Assembly: GCF_002113885.1 (NCBI RefSeq)
Contig: NW_018405944.1
Location: forward strand, 2,011,931-2,075,930
DNA: 64,000 nucleotides
From: Mizuhopecten yessoensis
Lineage: Eukaryota
Direction of reading: 5' to 3'
Below the pieces are notes generated by a model, which ran no database searches, was not told the DNA's origin, and saw only the letters and a list, made by a program, of their open reading frames with translations. This document shows, one piece after another, positions 38,201-50,215 of the stretch. Every line of letters starts with the position of its first letter. Within the stretch, counting starts at the first letter, position 1. The position numbers and the translations under genes are program-made.

Positions 38201-41200
38201 TACTGAAAATCAATCTAAATCCCTAAAACATGTAAAATTATTCTGAACACCTTAGTTTAGGTCCAAATATAGCTGTAACAAATTCTCAGGTCCCTGTGAA
38301 ATTAACATCTTCACCTGTACCAAACAATGATTTCTTAATTAATAACTAACAATGCTAAATCTTAACTTATCATCAGGATACAGCATTCCATGAGCACTAC
38401 GTACCACAATATAGTAGTGGTAATTGTTTTTCTTTCTTATTGTTTTAATTTTGTTTTCCTAAACATTGATTCATGCAATCCCTCTTAAAAGCTAAATTCT
38501 GTTAACTCCTGAAAGAGTTAACATAGTTACCTGTTTGTGTAACCGCTCGTTCTCCTGGATCTTGCTGAAGAGTTCTTCGCTGTACACCCCCGGTGATTCA
38601 GGCATTGGGGCAGCTGTTGATGGCTCTGCATTTCTGTTCTGTAATGAAAAACTCAACAAAGTTGAGATCTTGTAACAAAAGCATTAAAAGCATCTTACAC
38701 ATGTATATATTCAATAACAAGAGGCCCAGAGGTCCTGTATCGCTCACCTGTTTCTTTTGTTACATGCAACTGACATATAGGTAACTAATAAGACCAAATT
38801 TAGTAACTAGAACACAAGACATTTTAACATCTTTTAAAAGGTTCTGAAGATATTGTTGTTGAAATTTTGATTTTAAAGCTTTTAACCCATATTGATCTTT
38901 GACTCTCGACTTGCACTTAAAGTTGACCTTTGACCTCATTACTGTAATAAAGAAAACAATTCACACAGCTGGTCTTCATAACATACCGAAGTATCATGAC
39001 TCTAGTCCAAATGGTTCTTAGGATATTGTTGTTTGAAGTTTTTAACATATTTGACCCCTGTGACCTTGAAAGTAGGTCAAGGTCATTCTAATAAGGAAAC
39101 TTTATAGCACTTCATCCCATGTACCTACTGGCCAAATATCATGACCCTGAGCCTTATGGAATTTGAAAAGAAGATTGTTAAAGCCTTTGACCCATGTTGA
39201 CCTTTGACACTGACTTGCACTTAAAGTTGACCTTTGACCTCACTACTGTAATTGAGAAAAAGATTTGCACTGCTGGTCTACATAACATACCCAAGTATCA
39301 TGACTCTTAAGTCCAAATGGTTCTTAGGATATTGTTGTTTGAAGTTTTTTTTACATATTTGACCGTTGTGACCTTGAAAGTAGGTCAAGGTCATTTTAAT
39401 GAAGAAACTTTATAGCACTCTATCCTNAAGAAAAATATATGGTCTACATAACATACTGTTGGATATTGTTGTTTGAAATTTTTCACATATTTGACCGCTG
39501 TGACCTTGAAAGTAGGTCAAGGTCATTTTCATGAGGAAACTTTATAGCACTCTATCCCAGGTACCTACTGGCCAAATATCATGACCCTGGGCCCTATGGA
39601 ACTTGAGAAGAAGATTGTTAAAGCTTTTAACCAAAGTTGACATTTGACCCCCAACTAGCACTTAAAGTTGACCTTTGACATCATTACTGCAATTGAGAAA
39701 AATATATGGTCTACATAACATACTGTTGGATATTGTTGTTTGAAATTTTTCACATATTTGACCGCTGTGACCTTGAAAGTAGGTCAAGGTCATTTTAATG
39801 AGGAAAGTTTATAGCACTCCAACCCAGGTACCTACTGGCCAAATATCATGACCCTAGGTCCTACAGTTCTTCAGAAGAAGTCGTTCAAAAGAAAAAGTTG
39901 ACAGACGGACAACGGACACCGCAAGCTAAAAATGGTTTTAACGTCCATGTGATCGTAGAAATACAAATAAAACAAATCACTGAAGACTAAAGCTCACTAG
40001 TACTTTCACCAATCTAGGGCTCTTCAGGCAATTATTTGTGATGTCACATTAAGAGTACACACAAGACTCTATTTCCGACGTCACAAGTAAATTCACAGAC
40101 AGTTGTATCCAAATTTCTGGACTTCAAACTCTGAAAATCAACAAAAAATTGTAACTGATATCTTGTCTACGTAATTAATGAGCCAATTTTGTGGATTTCC
40201 AATATTATGATGAAATTGATATCGAAAGTGCTGTTCACAATCTTAACAGATCCATTATGTCACATGTACATACAACTTAATTAATGTGATGAATAATAAC
40301 ATCATTTCAGTTACAGAGCAAACTTGTGCAATGATTACTATTACAGTGTATTTCTACAAATTAATCTATGCTAAACTCTTGTGGGAAACTCGTCTATTAC
40401 ATGTATTTTTCTTGCATTTGTTTTTTATTATTTTAAAGCACAATTCACCCTCATTTTTCCTCCACTATTGGTTAAGCTGGTAAGGGGGATATACATTACT
40501 ATACTGTGAAATAAGATAGTTTGGTCCAAATTTCATGATTTCCTGACAAAACACCATTTAGTGGGTACATGTATTCAAGGATTACGAGTAACCACTTAAA
40601 CGGACAAGTGCTTTATATCAATCTTGTAATTACTTGGTGGCCCTATGAACTTGTGGATGACGTTTACCCACGAAATCAACGAAATTAAAAAACGCCATGA
40701 AAATTAGTGATTTCACAGCAAACATGTGATTACATTGTGGACCTATAAATTTGTGGATGAAAATTACCCATGAAATCAATGAAACAGATTCGCCCTCATC
40801 ATGTAGGGCAAACAAGGCAAACGTTAAACTGCATTGAAAATTTGACAGTATACAGTATCAATTTAATAATACATGTACAAAGCTGTTAAATCCCCAATGA
40901 AAGATTATAAGTATGTGTAGAACTGTATTTTATCCTTATTCTGATCATATCTTTGCTGTATATAAATATAACCTTCACACAATGTAAGCTCTGAGGAAGT
41001 TACACTGTAGTCACTTAGAAATGAGTCAATTATTTAGCACTGAAAGTATCGATAACTGTATCTCCGTGTCAGACACTGATGTGACCATCACTTGTAAGTT
41101 TTAAAGAGGTGGGTTTTACTCAGCATTGGAGGATATGTTATGTCACCGTGGGAAATGTCGTAAGAAAAACCAGGAAGAATTATTATATCACAGTCGCGAC

Positions 41201-44200
41201 AGGAAACAGTAAAAGTTATCACTTCCTTTAACAGACAGATGATGGACACGATTAATTTTATTCCGAGGACATGGTCATAATAAAATCAATTAGCATTTAT
41301 TTCAGAACTAGCAAATGTCTGTAAGACATGAATGTCCCCTTGGCCCTGTGTTTGACCTTGAATAGAAAACGTGACAATGATGATGACCTTTGGACTCTGA
41401 AATACCAAACTATCAACTGATCAGAGATATTCCCATACTTTGTAAAAACTTAAAGGATAATCTGTTTAGAAATGAAGTCGGTATAGTTATGATTAGTGAA
41501 TCGCGACTGGACAGGAAGGATATGGGTATGTCCATGTGTCCCTACAAAAAGGCGGGAGCATAGAAATAACATTTTCACATATTTTGATTTAAGTACAAAA
41601 AAACACAAAAAAACTAGTAAAAGAAAAATTGTGAATGTTATGTATCCCTCAATATTAGTAGAAAAAGTAATTCTTATACTGTAATCAAGTGACCTTTTGA
41701 CATATAACCTTTGACTTTCAATCACTTTTGTCAATATAATAAACATATTATATATATTCAATATTTCATCAGGTGATTGAACAAATTGATCCAAATTTTC
41801 TTCGGAATTTTACCTTTGACCTTCAATTTGTTGATAATTATAAGAATTCATTGTTTAGAGGCAGGCAAATTTATAAGAAATTATGACAGTCCAATTTTTT
41901 GGAGTGACATTATGATGGAAATAACTAATTATAAACTATGTATACTAAATCAATGAGGTTAAACCCAATACAGGCTAAGGTAGCAAGTAATTACACAACC
42001 TTATTTTATTTTTTTTAAGAAAAAGAAAGAATAAAGAACTACTCTCAGTGCTTCAGTGCATTAAATGCAAGCATTAGCCTATAGCTAAGTCGCTTTCATT
42101 TATCTCGATCCAAACTGTTGAACCGTTTGGACCAGAATTGTTCGTTAATGAAGTAAGGTCGGACCCAGTAACCTGATGCTGCTTTCAGGCGAGCCTTGAT
42201 AAAGCCTTGCAAGGCCTGCATAAACAATTGCAGGTCCACCAGGATTTATACAAGAAATCTGTTACAATACTTACAACAGACAAACCGGTCGTTCCGCATA
42301 AACAAACAGGGCCTAACTGTATACTACTAAAATTCCAGTTATCAATTTTAAATAAATACATTCAAAGAGACAATTTTGTTTAAGTCATTAAAATGATTGG
42401 TCTAGCCTAATAATACATTAATTAAAACACAAATTGAAAAAAAAATGATTACAGAAGGTTAAATGACTACTCTCCCAGCAAGGAGTGCTTGTTGCAGAAA
42501 GAGTACCTGGCACAACCCATAGATTATACAATCGCAAGCTATTAAAAAAAAAATCATATATTCTTTCTAAAAGCCTACAGCTAGCTAGCAAACCATCACT
42601 AAAATATGTCAGGTACAAATTTAAAATACATATTAATAACCTTTATACAGTGAAACCTGTCTAAACAGAACAGCATCATTACACAAAAAAACACAAAAAA
42701 ACGAGTACCGGTATGTACTTTTTTTTCGGATTATTTGCGTTTTATCAAAAGAAAGGTATACTATACAGTGGATCATGTTGAAGTTCTGGTTTATTCACCC
42801 CTTTAATTTCATAATGAACTATTCCAACCCTTGGGTTGGAGGAAATCAAATGTGTTTTCAGGGGTAAATAAGTTAAGGCTTCTGGATTATACAGGATTCA
42901 GTTACAATCAAAATTTAAAATTTATTGTACTAATAAGCAGAAATGTTTGTATTTTTGCATTTGATAGTTATTTTATTTTAAGATTTGATTTTCTTCCTAA
43001 TTAAATATGTAAGGACTTTCATTTGCAACACTCTTGATATAATTAGTACTCAAACTGAACCAAATTTACATACTAGCACTCTTTAGATACAATTACATTA
43101 ATTTATATATAATAGTGTGCTGCATCACTGATTGCAATTGAGATATTATCTTTGTTAATAATTCATCATCTTTATATAGCACCACACATTACTTACCCTT
43201 GCTCTCCCAAATATCTAACAACATCAAAATTGCAAATTGTATACCTAAACAACTATTTCCTATTCCTTACAAGCTTTAATTTAATAATTTTGACACATTA
43301 ACTCATGCTTTGACCTTGACCTTTCGGTGTAGACTAGGATATACATGATGTATTTGTAAATATATCAAAAACATGTTTCAATAAGTAATATTTAAAAGTT
43401 ATATGGAGATTAAAATGATTGACCTTTAACCTTTTGCTGTGACCTTGACCTTAGCAGTATAAACATGCGTCATGTACGTGCGTGCCACAAGTTTAACAGG
43501 TTGGTGAATTTATACAGCACATGGTATTGAAATTCATTTCACAACACCAAGATAGTTTAATTTACATTCATCAGACAATATGAAGGTATTTAAGCTGTCC
43601 AAATATTTAGCTATTAAAATGTTCATCACTGTGTGTTTTACCTTTTTCTTTTTTGTTGCTTCTACGGTGTCCAGTTCTTCCTGGAGAAAAAGGACGCGTT
43701 TGGAAAGCTGTTGGTTTCTGAATGATAAACTGTCGACTTCCTGTTCATATTTTCGTAGTGCCTGATCCCTCTCTTTAATTTGATCCTGTGAATAAAAAAT
43801 TATCTATATTGAAGATGCATTTAGAAACGGTAAAAAAACCAACCCATTACATTATACATTTGTAATTCATTGGAATTTTGAGTTATATGTTATTTTAACT
43901 ACCGTAATTCATTCGTAGATATCATTCATGACCATGTCTATTTATAACTACTTGCAGCAACAGTAGTAATAAATGTATGATCAATTACAGAAAAACTTGA
44001 TGGACTGATCTGGCTTTGAGATTGCTTCCATGCCTTTAAATAACTTATAAGAGTAAAGACATCAGTTAATTGAGACACCACTAGTTTAAATCTGTGTGGT
44101 AATGTGGTATTTAGATGTTATTAAAATTGTTTAACCTGTGTTGTTCTTTTTATGCAGTTAATAATGGCAAACGAAACAATGTTGTGACTGGAATAACATC

Positions 44201-45827
44201 ACATTACCATTGCATCAAAACTGCTGCAAAATGCCATCTCAAATAACTTTGGGAGATATGCCAGAAGTACAAGACTACATGTAGTTGGTACCTTCTCTGT
44301 GGAAGTGTCTGAGGTCGACATCTATTCTTGGCATCCAAGTTAATTATGAACAAGTAATCATAAGACCAAAAAAAGTATGTATGCTTCAGAAAACATGACT
44401 GAAATTATAGGGTAGGTAGGTCAGGATTTACATACAGTACATATCTTTTTTATGAGAGGGGCTCTTTTTAGAGCTAAAAAAAAAATTAACTAAACATATT
44501 ATTTTTTCTTTTGAATTATTGGAATTAAATTTGGTTTTTATAACTGCCTATGATGAATAAGTTGCCTTGTTTGTTTGTTCATCAATTTGTTTGCATCCAG
44601 TAAAAATTGTTAGGGTCAGAGGTAAAAATAGGATACATCAGGTTACCTGAAACTTACACATTGTTTTGCCTAATATCAGTTATAGATCATGTATACCTTA
44701 TAATCGTTACTTGTGCCTTGCTCGTCCAGATAAGCCTTCTTCAAAACAGGTATTTGGGCTTTTAACTGGAAAAAGAATAAAAACATTGTTTCAGGTACAT
44801 CAAAGAAAAGGTATTTGCTTTTCAATTAAAAAACAATTTCTACAAATAATATATTTTAATTTCATAAATGAGCTTTAGTTGTTGTACAGAAAAGCAGATA
44901 AATCATGTAAATTTTTGGCACTATAATATTACCTGCTGTACATCTATGATTCTGTGTTACACTTAAAGTTAATAACCAAACATACTTATTAAATAATTAG
45001 TGGCTGTATATTAGATGATTTATGACTTTACCATTTGTGTTTTTTAGGAATGTTTTATTTATATATCCTTGCCAGTGAAAACAGCTGACAGACATTTTTC
45101 TAGACATGGAAATGGAAAAATGAAAGTTACATTATTTCTCTCGTTTTTTTTATTATAGTTCAATTCCGCTACATTATTTCAATATCAATGTTCTAAGCCT
45201 TTGTCCCCGAATAGAACACTATTTCTAACCCTGGTTCGGGTACCCTTTGCAAAGCAAACACCCAGAACTTGAAACAACGCGAATGAATGGTTGGTCACAG
45301 GCACCAATGCAATAGATAGGAGAGGAATATGCACGGCCAGAGAGGGATTCGAACCCGTGACCTCTAAACGGACGCTCTAACCAATATTGAGCCGGCGATC
45401 GACCCAGTCAAATTCCGCTACAATAATTCACAATACAAGATTATCTAACTGACAAGTTCAACATACAAGCCTCCAACTAGGCCTGAATTGCCCAATTAAT
45501 ACATGCATGCATTTTCAACAATGAACGATCGTATAAAGCGATATTACACCGTTCCAACCCCTTGTAAGAGAACACCTCACTTTCCGTTTTTATCTCATAA
45601 TCCGATAATGATATCGGCTGGTGGGCGTTTTTAGTAAGGTAATTCACATGCTTTCCCACCAAAAAAACACAAAATCGCACATACTGACATAGCTAAATAC
45701 ATCACGCTTATATCATATACGAATCGATTTTTAGTTGTATGCTTATTATAAAAGGTAACGTTTAACAATCTCCACAAACCTTGGCATATTCTGATGCTAA
45801 TTTCTGATATTTAGCGGCATCTGCCAT
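23271..45827 (-). CDS. PPP1R21: Protein phosphatase 1 regulatory subunit 21 (KLRAQ1/CCDC128, FERRY complex subunit), about 788 aa, 21 coding exons
   Basis: Exons: 45827-45780, 44765-44697, 43785-43642, 38638-38531, 37367-37203, 36497-36439, 35852-35758, 35263-35061, 34283-34182, 33413-33325, 32912-32776, 31863-31771, 31179-31052, 29981-29814, 29204-29112, 28281-28180, 27831-27679, 26940-26794, 26184-26086, 25918-25778, 23294-23271; all GT-AG with compatible phases. Recognised motifs KYQKLASEYAKLKAQ, DSLSFRNQQLSKRV, LEHQLPTATQKLKTTDECI, LLSSTESREGL, LEQEKEHWMLE, DELQTTTKSYEGQLSMMSEHL match human PPP1R21 as I recall it. Confidence 0.97.
23372..23570 (+). mobile_element. V-domain tRNA SINE, degenerate copy
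   Basis: tttcaccaaggtgcccggggtttgattccccgatcg...ggttttctccaggtactctgg; homologous to 28825 and 31997 copies. Confidence 0.75.
23765..25690. repeat. 23-bp minisatellite (about 50 units) in the last PPP1R21 intron, split by a Penelope-like insertion
   Basis: Unit gttatgacatcactacacaaaat at 23765-24020 and 24797-25690. Confidence 0.95.
24021..24790 (+). mobile_element. 5'-truncated Penelope-like element: GIY-YIG endonuclease plus terminal repeat region
   Basis: HPKDK...GIVYQILCKNCQQSYMG.IGR...KEH...KSALTDHA; after a frameshift IKEAIKIRK...MNRDEGGHQLSHLYDPIL. Confidence 0.85.
26335..26793. repeat. Degenerate ~100-bp tandem repeat abutting the exon 18 donor
   Basis: tgacctgatcctggcacctttgaccttgtcacaagacc recurs at ~26470, 26563, 26652, 26752. 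Confidence 0.75.
27504..27661 (-). mobile_element. tRNA-containing solo-LTR-like element
   Basis: 158 bp, perfect 4-bp TSD gtag (27500-27503 and 27662-27665), colinear with 18902-19165; lies 15 bp from the exon 17 donor. Confidence 0.8.
28257..28452. repeat. 60-bp tandem repeat spanning the exon 16 acceptor
   Basis: About 3.2 copies of tgactcgtgtctgggctgtcgtaag|ctgtaaccagataaatgcgtaataatataccttac. Confidence 0.9.
28825..29060 (+). mobile_element. V-domain tRNA SINE
   Basis: gtggggcagtggataacacagttgcctttcaccaagg...ggttttctccgggta...ataaataaagttt. Confidence 0.8.
29179..29635. repeat. Degenerate ~60-bp tandem repeat spanning the exon 15 acceptor
   Basis: About 8 copies of ctatgggaacagt...gggcagggct(g/c)acacagaaaa...aaacattt. 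Confidence 0.85.
29718..29800. mobile_element. 83-bp TTAA-flanked MITE (piggyBac- or Kolobok-like target site)
   Basis: ttaa|ctcattcacgcctgaa...ttaggggtgaaagag|ttaa; related copy at ~42790-42876. Confidence 0.7.
30150..30395 (+). mobile_element. HINE-like 3' fragment
   Basis: tgaccttgacc motif, (GACA)n microsatellite, terminal hairpin-like end; similar fragment at 32510-32750. Confidence 0.5.
30510..30970. repeat. 36-bp minisatellite
   Basis: About 13 copies of cacagtaaggtagcatacatccttaagtctccatgt. Confidence 0.9.
31997..32225 (+). mobile_element. V-domain tRNA SINE
   Basis: B-box gggttcaattccc, ggttttctctgggtactttgatttcctcccac, tail ataaataaagttta; 3' fragment of the same family at ~31372-31430. 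Confidence 0.8.
34750..34840 (-). mobile_element. Truncated tRNA-containing LTR-like element
   Basis: Begins TGTAACAGG like 18902; atgcacggccaga matches the 45308 copy. Confidence 0.55.
34869..34986 (+). mobile_element. Minimal (~118-bp) HINE-like element
   Basis: 5' end ctgtaagacataaatgccccc shared with 41307 element; (GATGG)n; tatgcccc...ggggcata terminal hairpin. Confidence 0.6.
36331..36448. repeat. 16/11-bp tandem repeat of the exon 6 donor site
   Basis: Minus-strand unit ctgaattatc|gtaa(g/a)t repeated; authentic donor at 36438. Confidence 0.9.
36925..37202. repeat. ~48-57-bp tandem repeat starting at the exon 5 donor
   Basis: tactcagt(c/t)tcctactagcctgtattt recurs; final copy is tactcac, the real donor. 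Confidence 0.8.
37361..37719. repeat. ~32-bp tandem repeat spanning the exon 5 acceptor
   Basis: About 11 copies of catctac|ctgtacataacacaggtaaatttaa; resumes at 38299-38320 after the MITE. Confidence 0.9.
37720..38298. mobile_element. MITE with 8-bp TSD (hAT/P-like), containing a nested inverted repeat
   Basis: TSD aaattaac at 37712-37719 and 38299-38306; TIR cacag(t/g)gacctg(g/a)gaatttgttacagctatatttggacctaaact; inner ~53-bp inverted arms spanning 37768-37942. Confidence 0.85.
38716..39932 (+). mobile_element. HINE-like element with internal ~300-bp tandem units
   Basis: aacaagaggcccagaggtcctgtatcgctcacctg start; repeated tgaccttgaaagtaggtcaaggtca; gacagacggac near end; agctaaaaa end. Confidence 0.8.
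40502..40719. mobile_element. Tc1/mariner-like non-autonomous element, degenerate
   Basis: tactgtgaaat...atttcacagca termini. Confidence 0.45.
41307..41563 (+). mobile_element. HINE-like element
   Basis: aactagcaaatgtctgtaagacatgaatgtcccc start, tgaccttg motifs, ...ggcgggagcata end. Confidence 0.55.
42646..42906. mobile_element. Tc1/mariner-like MITE with nested TTAA-type MITE
   Basis: tacagtgaaacctgtctaaac...attatacaggattcagttaca; inner 42790-42876 resembles 29718-29800. Confidence 0.5.
45162..45422 (-). mobile_element. Two-LTR TRIM remnant: tRNA-containing LTR, PBS, 134-bp internal region, start of second LTR
   Basis: LTR 45422-45308 (TGTAGCGG...TGCA, B-box GGTTCGAATCCC); PBS TGGTGCCTGTGACCA 45306-45292; TGTAGCGGAATT repeated at 45173-45162. 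Confidence 0.65.
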
Positions 45828-45829
45828 TC

Positions 45830-45880
45830 TGCATCACCCGGAAGTGGGAAACACACATCGGACTTCCTCTAGACTTACCG
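45830..45880 (-). promoter_or_regulatory. PPP1R21 5' region with ETS-type motif
   Basis: CCGGAAGT at ~45838-45845 immediately upstream of the ATG; a 48-nt GTAAGT...CAG 5'UTR intron (45877-45830) is also possible. Confidence 0.4.
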
Positions 45881-48176
45881 CTTGTAACAAACATAACTCC
45901 CGAGGTCAACTGAAATTAACAAAAGTTTTTGTGCGGAACGCTGATTTAAAAGATTATACACGGACCAGGACGGTATTGTACAATCTGTCTGAAGGGTAAT
46001 GACAAATTAAATGTGTCCACTTGGCCACGTTATGATACTAACCAGTATATGTATAAACATAACTTTATACACATTTACAAATTGTACCGTTGATTTCTTA
46101 ATTTATGACACTTTAAAAAAAAAAAATATTCTACATTTTTGTACATGTAAGCTTAAGAGATTAATACGGAAAAAAATACTTTTACCACGCAAGGACCGAT
46201 TTAGAGGCTACATGTATTTAGTTTTCCATGGATATATATATACCACGGAATTAGCTTATATGCTATCTAATTCCTTGTCTATACTAACATCTAACTTGTG
46301 TGAAATGGTTTCTTCCTCCCATTTGGGATCAAGAAAACAGAGAAAATTACTTACAAGACAAACTTTGATACATGTAAGAGGTATAGTTGTGCAATCGTAT
46401 AAGAAATTAAATGTGGCAAGGCCAACTTAAGTTCAATAAATACATATTTGAAAAAAGGTTGACCACTATCGTTGCATTGAAAAATATATAGCTATACAAT
46501 ATGTCTTAAAAACATTTTCAAGTTTAAAATATTTGCTTTTTGATGCATTTTTCAAGAATAAAAATTGTTATTAATTGATAGAAATAGTTATGAACGACTA
46601 ATTAATTTAAATATGGTACCTGTATTGAATTTGCGTGCATAACATTTTGCTCCCACGCACAAAACATGGTCCATTTTCAAAAATGGCCAGCAAGGTTTAT
46701 TTGGCGAATTCGATTTTTAAAACTTGCATTTTCAATTTAACGTCCGCAAAAGTTAAATTGATAGAGTATTTTCTGGATTGCCCAAACTTACTTAATAGTT
46801 TGAAAGTATTCAATAATTCTACTTTAATATTACATGTATGTGTTGACTGGAATGCTGTACAAGACAAAGATATGGATACACACAATATTAGACATAGTAC
46901 TAGTAATGATAATAATCAAAAAGCTCAGGAAATGATAAAAAATATATAATATATACTTCTGAACTTGTTGATCCACGGAGAAATTTTTATCCTGAATCGA
47001 GGAATTTCACATGGAAACGAAAAAAACTCCGTACAACAGAGTGGATTAGATTATTCCCTGGTCTCAGAAGACATTAACGAACTAAAGACTCAAAGATTAT
47101 ACCGGGATATAAAACAGACCACTCAGGCATTGCTTGAGAAGTTGATTTTACAAACACTGAAAGGGGAAAGGATATTGAAAACACAACACATCATGTTTGG
47201 TAGACACTACATACATATATGCAAAAGACAAAAAAAAAAAAAAACCCAAAAAAACTGCATTACAGAGACAATATGTGAATATGTGCGTAGAGGTAAGACA
47301 TGGAAGACCTAGTATTTAGAACTAATGACTAATTGTTCTTTGAAATTTTGAAAATGAAAATAAGATCCATCAACATCACATTTTCAATAGCACAAGGAAA
47401 ACAAAACAGGAAATTAGAGAAATATTTAGAGACAAAAATATCAACATTAGAAAAAGAATTGAACTTAAATCCTACTGATGGTATCTATTTGACAATTTGA
47501 GAGTAATAACAGCATCTAGAAAACATCCGTAAAAGCAGTTAGAAGGATTGATGTTAAGGTCAAAGGCAAATTGGTATGAAAATGGAGAGAAAGCGACAAA
47601 ATATGTTTGTGATTTGAAAAAGAGACGTTTTGTGAATAATTCTATAACAGAACTAATCACAGAAGATGGGAATATATTAGATAATCAGGAAGAAATACTA
47701 AAAGCAGAAGTGTTCGTTTTAAATTGTATACTAGTAGATTTACAGATCCCAACTCTCTTATAAATTCATATTTTTTTCAGCATCGGGTGAAACTGCATGA
47801 AAAAGAAAAAGTAACTTTTTGATGACTAAGACATTAAAAAACATGAAAAATGGCAAAAGTACAAAGTCAGTAGGGTTGGATTCAAGGCTTTAAATACTTT
47901 TGGAAAGACAAGGGAACATTTTTGGTCATATCAATAAATTGTGCATACAGAACAGGGTTACTTTCAGAATATCGGAATCAGAGTATAATTATTCAAATAA
48001 AACATAAAGACAGACGTTATTAAAAAAAAAATGGAGACCAATCTCACTTCTGAATGTAAACTTGTAAGCTTCAGCTGCAAAAGCTAACAGGATTAAAGAA
48101 TCCCTCCCAAGTCAAATAAGTGTAACACAGACAGGTTTTATAAAACGTAGGTTTATAGCTTATAACACAAGACTTG

Positions 48177-48239
48177 TCATTCGGCACACCTCGGCAGTTA
48201 GATGTAGGGTACCGGAATCTGCCGAGGTGAGCCGAATGA
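48177..48239. mobile_element. 63-bp hairpin insertion inside the LINE RT
   Basis: 21-bp arms tcattcggcacacctcggcag / ctgccgaggtgagccgaatga (1 mismatch), 21-bp loop. Confidence 0.7.
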
Positions 48240-49034
48240 ATACTTGAATGATGCAATGTATGTATGTTGGAAGAAAAAACCCTTAATCCGGATTATTGTA
48301 TATGTTAGATTTCGAAAAGGCCTTTGATTCAATTGAATGGAGTTTTATAGACAAGGCATTGGGCTCCTTCAACTTTGGTCAGTAATTACAATCCTGGACC
48401 AAACTTCTGTATAATAACTGAAAAATCAGTATTATTAACAATGGGCGATCATTTGTATCACCCTTTTTAATCTAGAGCGTGGTTCGCCAAGGGGATCCAC
48501 TATCTCCATATCTTAAATTTATAATAGGGATAGAATTTTTTACTTTAGCAACAAAATCGAATAATGGTATTAAAGGAATAGTTATATCTGGAGTTTTACT
48601 TGGACAATATATATGCTGATGATATCTATCTTCCACTTGATGGCACTAGTCAGTCTCTGTACACAGCAATATGCATATCACGGGACTAAAAATAAACGTA
48701 GACAAATGTAGTCTGTATTGTATAGGAAATAAAAAGTATTCGCAGGGAAAAAATTGTGAAGATTTGAATCTTAAGTGGTCTACTTTTAACTTCAGGATTA
48801 TTAGGCATTGTATTTGCACTTGATCTGCAAGAAATGGAAAGGCTAAATTTTGAACCTAATTTACAACAAATAGATAAATAATTTAAAGTTTTAATATATT
48901 GGACATATAGAGACCTCACTCTCTGGTTGGCCGTATTTCAGTATTGAAACCCCTTGTCATACCACTGTTTGTTCACCTTTTTACTAGTCTCCAAAGTCTA
49001 ACACAGGAGTTCATCAAAACGCTGAATGCAGCTC

Positions 49035-49871
49035 TTTAATTATTCCCCACCCACTCGCAAAATTTGTACCTCCTACTCCTCCTACCTAGGTTTATGCAGG
49101 GATTTTGATGAAACTTTACACACATGTTATACCTCATATGAGCTTGTGTCTCCCAGAACTCCATTATGTTCCTTCAATATTTACCAGAGTTATTGCCCTT
49201 GATTTCTGTAGACAGTACATTTCGTTACTGAAATGGCTAATTATCTCGGAAATGGTAGGCATTTTGTATACACATATACATTGGAATGTTATAGGCATTA
49301 ACGAAAGCTTCTCTTCCGACAAACTTCTGAGGTCATGGGGCAAATGTCACAAATCAATTACGTTACTGAAATGGCTAAATATCTCTGAAACGGTAGGCAA
49401 ATGCAATCTATTCTACTGACAACTTCCGGGGTCGTTGGGTCAGATGTCACTAGGTCACAAATAAATTACGTTACTGAAATGGCTAAATATCTCGATCGGA
49501 AACGGTAGGTATTTTGAATACCCATATACATTAGAGTATCGTAGCCAATTATACAAGCTATATTGTGACAAACTTCCAAGGCCATGGGGTCAAAGGTCAA
49601 AGATCACAGATGCATTATGTTACTGAAATGGCTAACTAACTATCGCAGAAATGGTAGGTATTTTGTATACACATACATTGGAGTATATGTAGCAAAATTA
49701 CGAGGTCATTGAGTCAAAGGTCACAGTAATGGTGTTTGTCTTTTCCATCGGTCTGTGATACGACATCTGAGGTTAGACTTTTTCATGACCCTTGATCTTT
49801 TAGCCCCTACACGGACAAATAGCAGGCGGAATGCGGGGGTATAAGTTAGCCCATAGGCGACAGTTCAAGTT
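49035..49871 (-). mobile_element. HINE-like element inserted in the LINE
   Basis: Internal ~120-bp tandem units (cgttactgaaatggctaa...ggtagg) and ggtcaaaggtca motifs; LINE reading frame resumes after 49871. Confidence 0.7.
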
Positions 49872-50215
49872 TCATATAGAACTTTAAGTGTGAAAGAAGT
49901 AAAAGAGCTACACTCATCGCTAGTATTCAGAAAGGGTGCCTTACTATGACACATATCACATCCTCTGTGAGATACCTCAAGATCAAATGGATAAAAAGAT
50001 TATATGAGATTAAAGTGTTCGTAGGAAAGTACTTTTCAAAGACATATAACCAATCAGTTTAGACATGTTGTATGGACTAGATAAAGTAAAACTTAAAGAA
50101 ACAGTATAACACACGAAAAACAGCTTTGGATGAATGTATATCATGTTATGCCCTATCGGATAAAGAAGTTGAATCTATCGGAATTACAAAAGGAACCTAC
50201 ACCATTAAAAGAACC

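Larger units (their letters stand above)
46780..50215 (+). mobile_element. Degenerate L1/Tx1-clade LINE ORF2
   Basis: DWNAVQDKDMD (APE), RSKANWYENGEKATKY, WRPISLLN (~48031), DFEKAFDSIEW (~48308), RQGDPLSPY (~48486), YADD (~48613); frameshifted, two insertions. Confidence 0.9.

Noticed and set aside
39420-39560. Extra partial unit inside the HINE-like element
   Set aside because: Starts at an N (39427) and duplicates ~39697 onward almost exactly; may be an assembly overlap.
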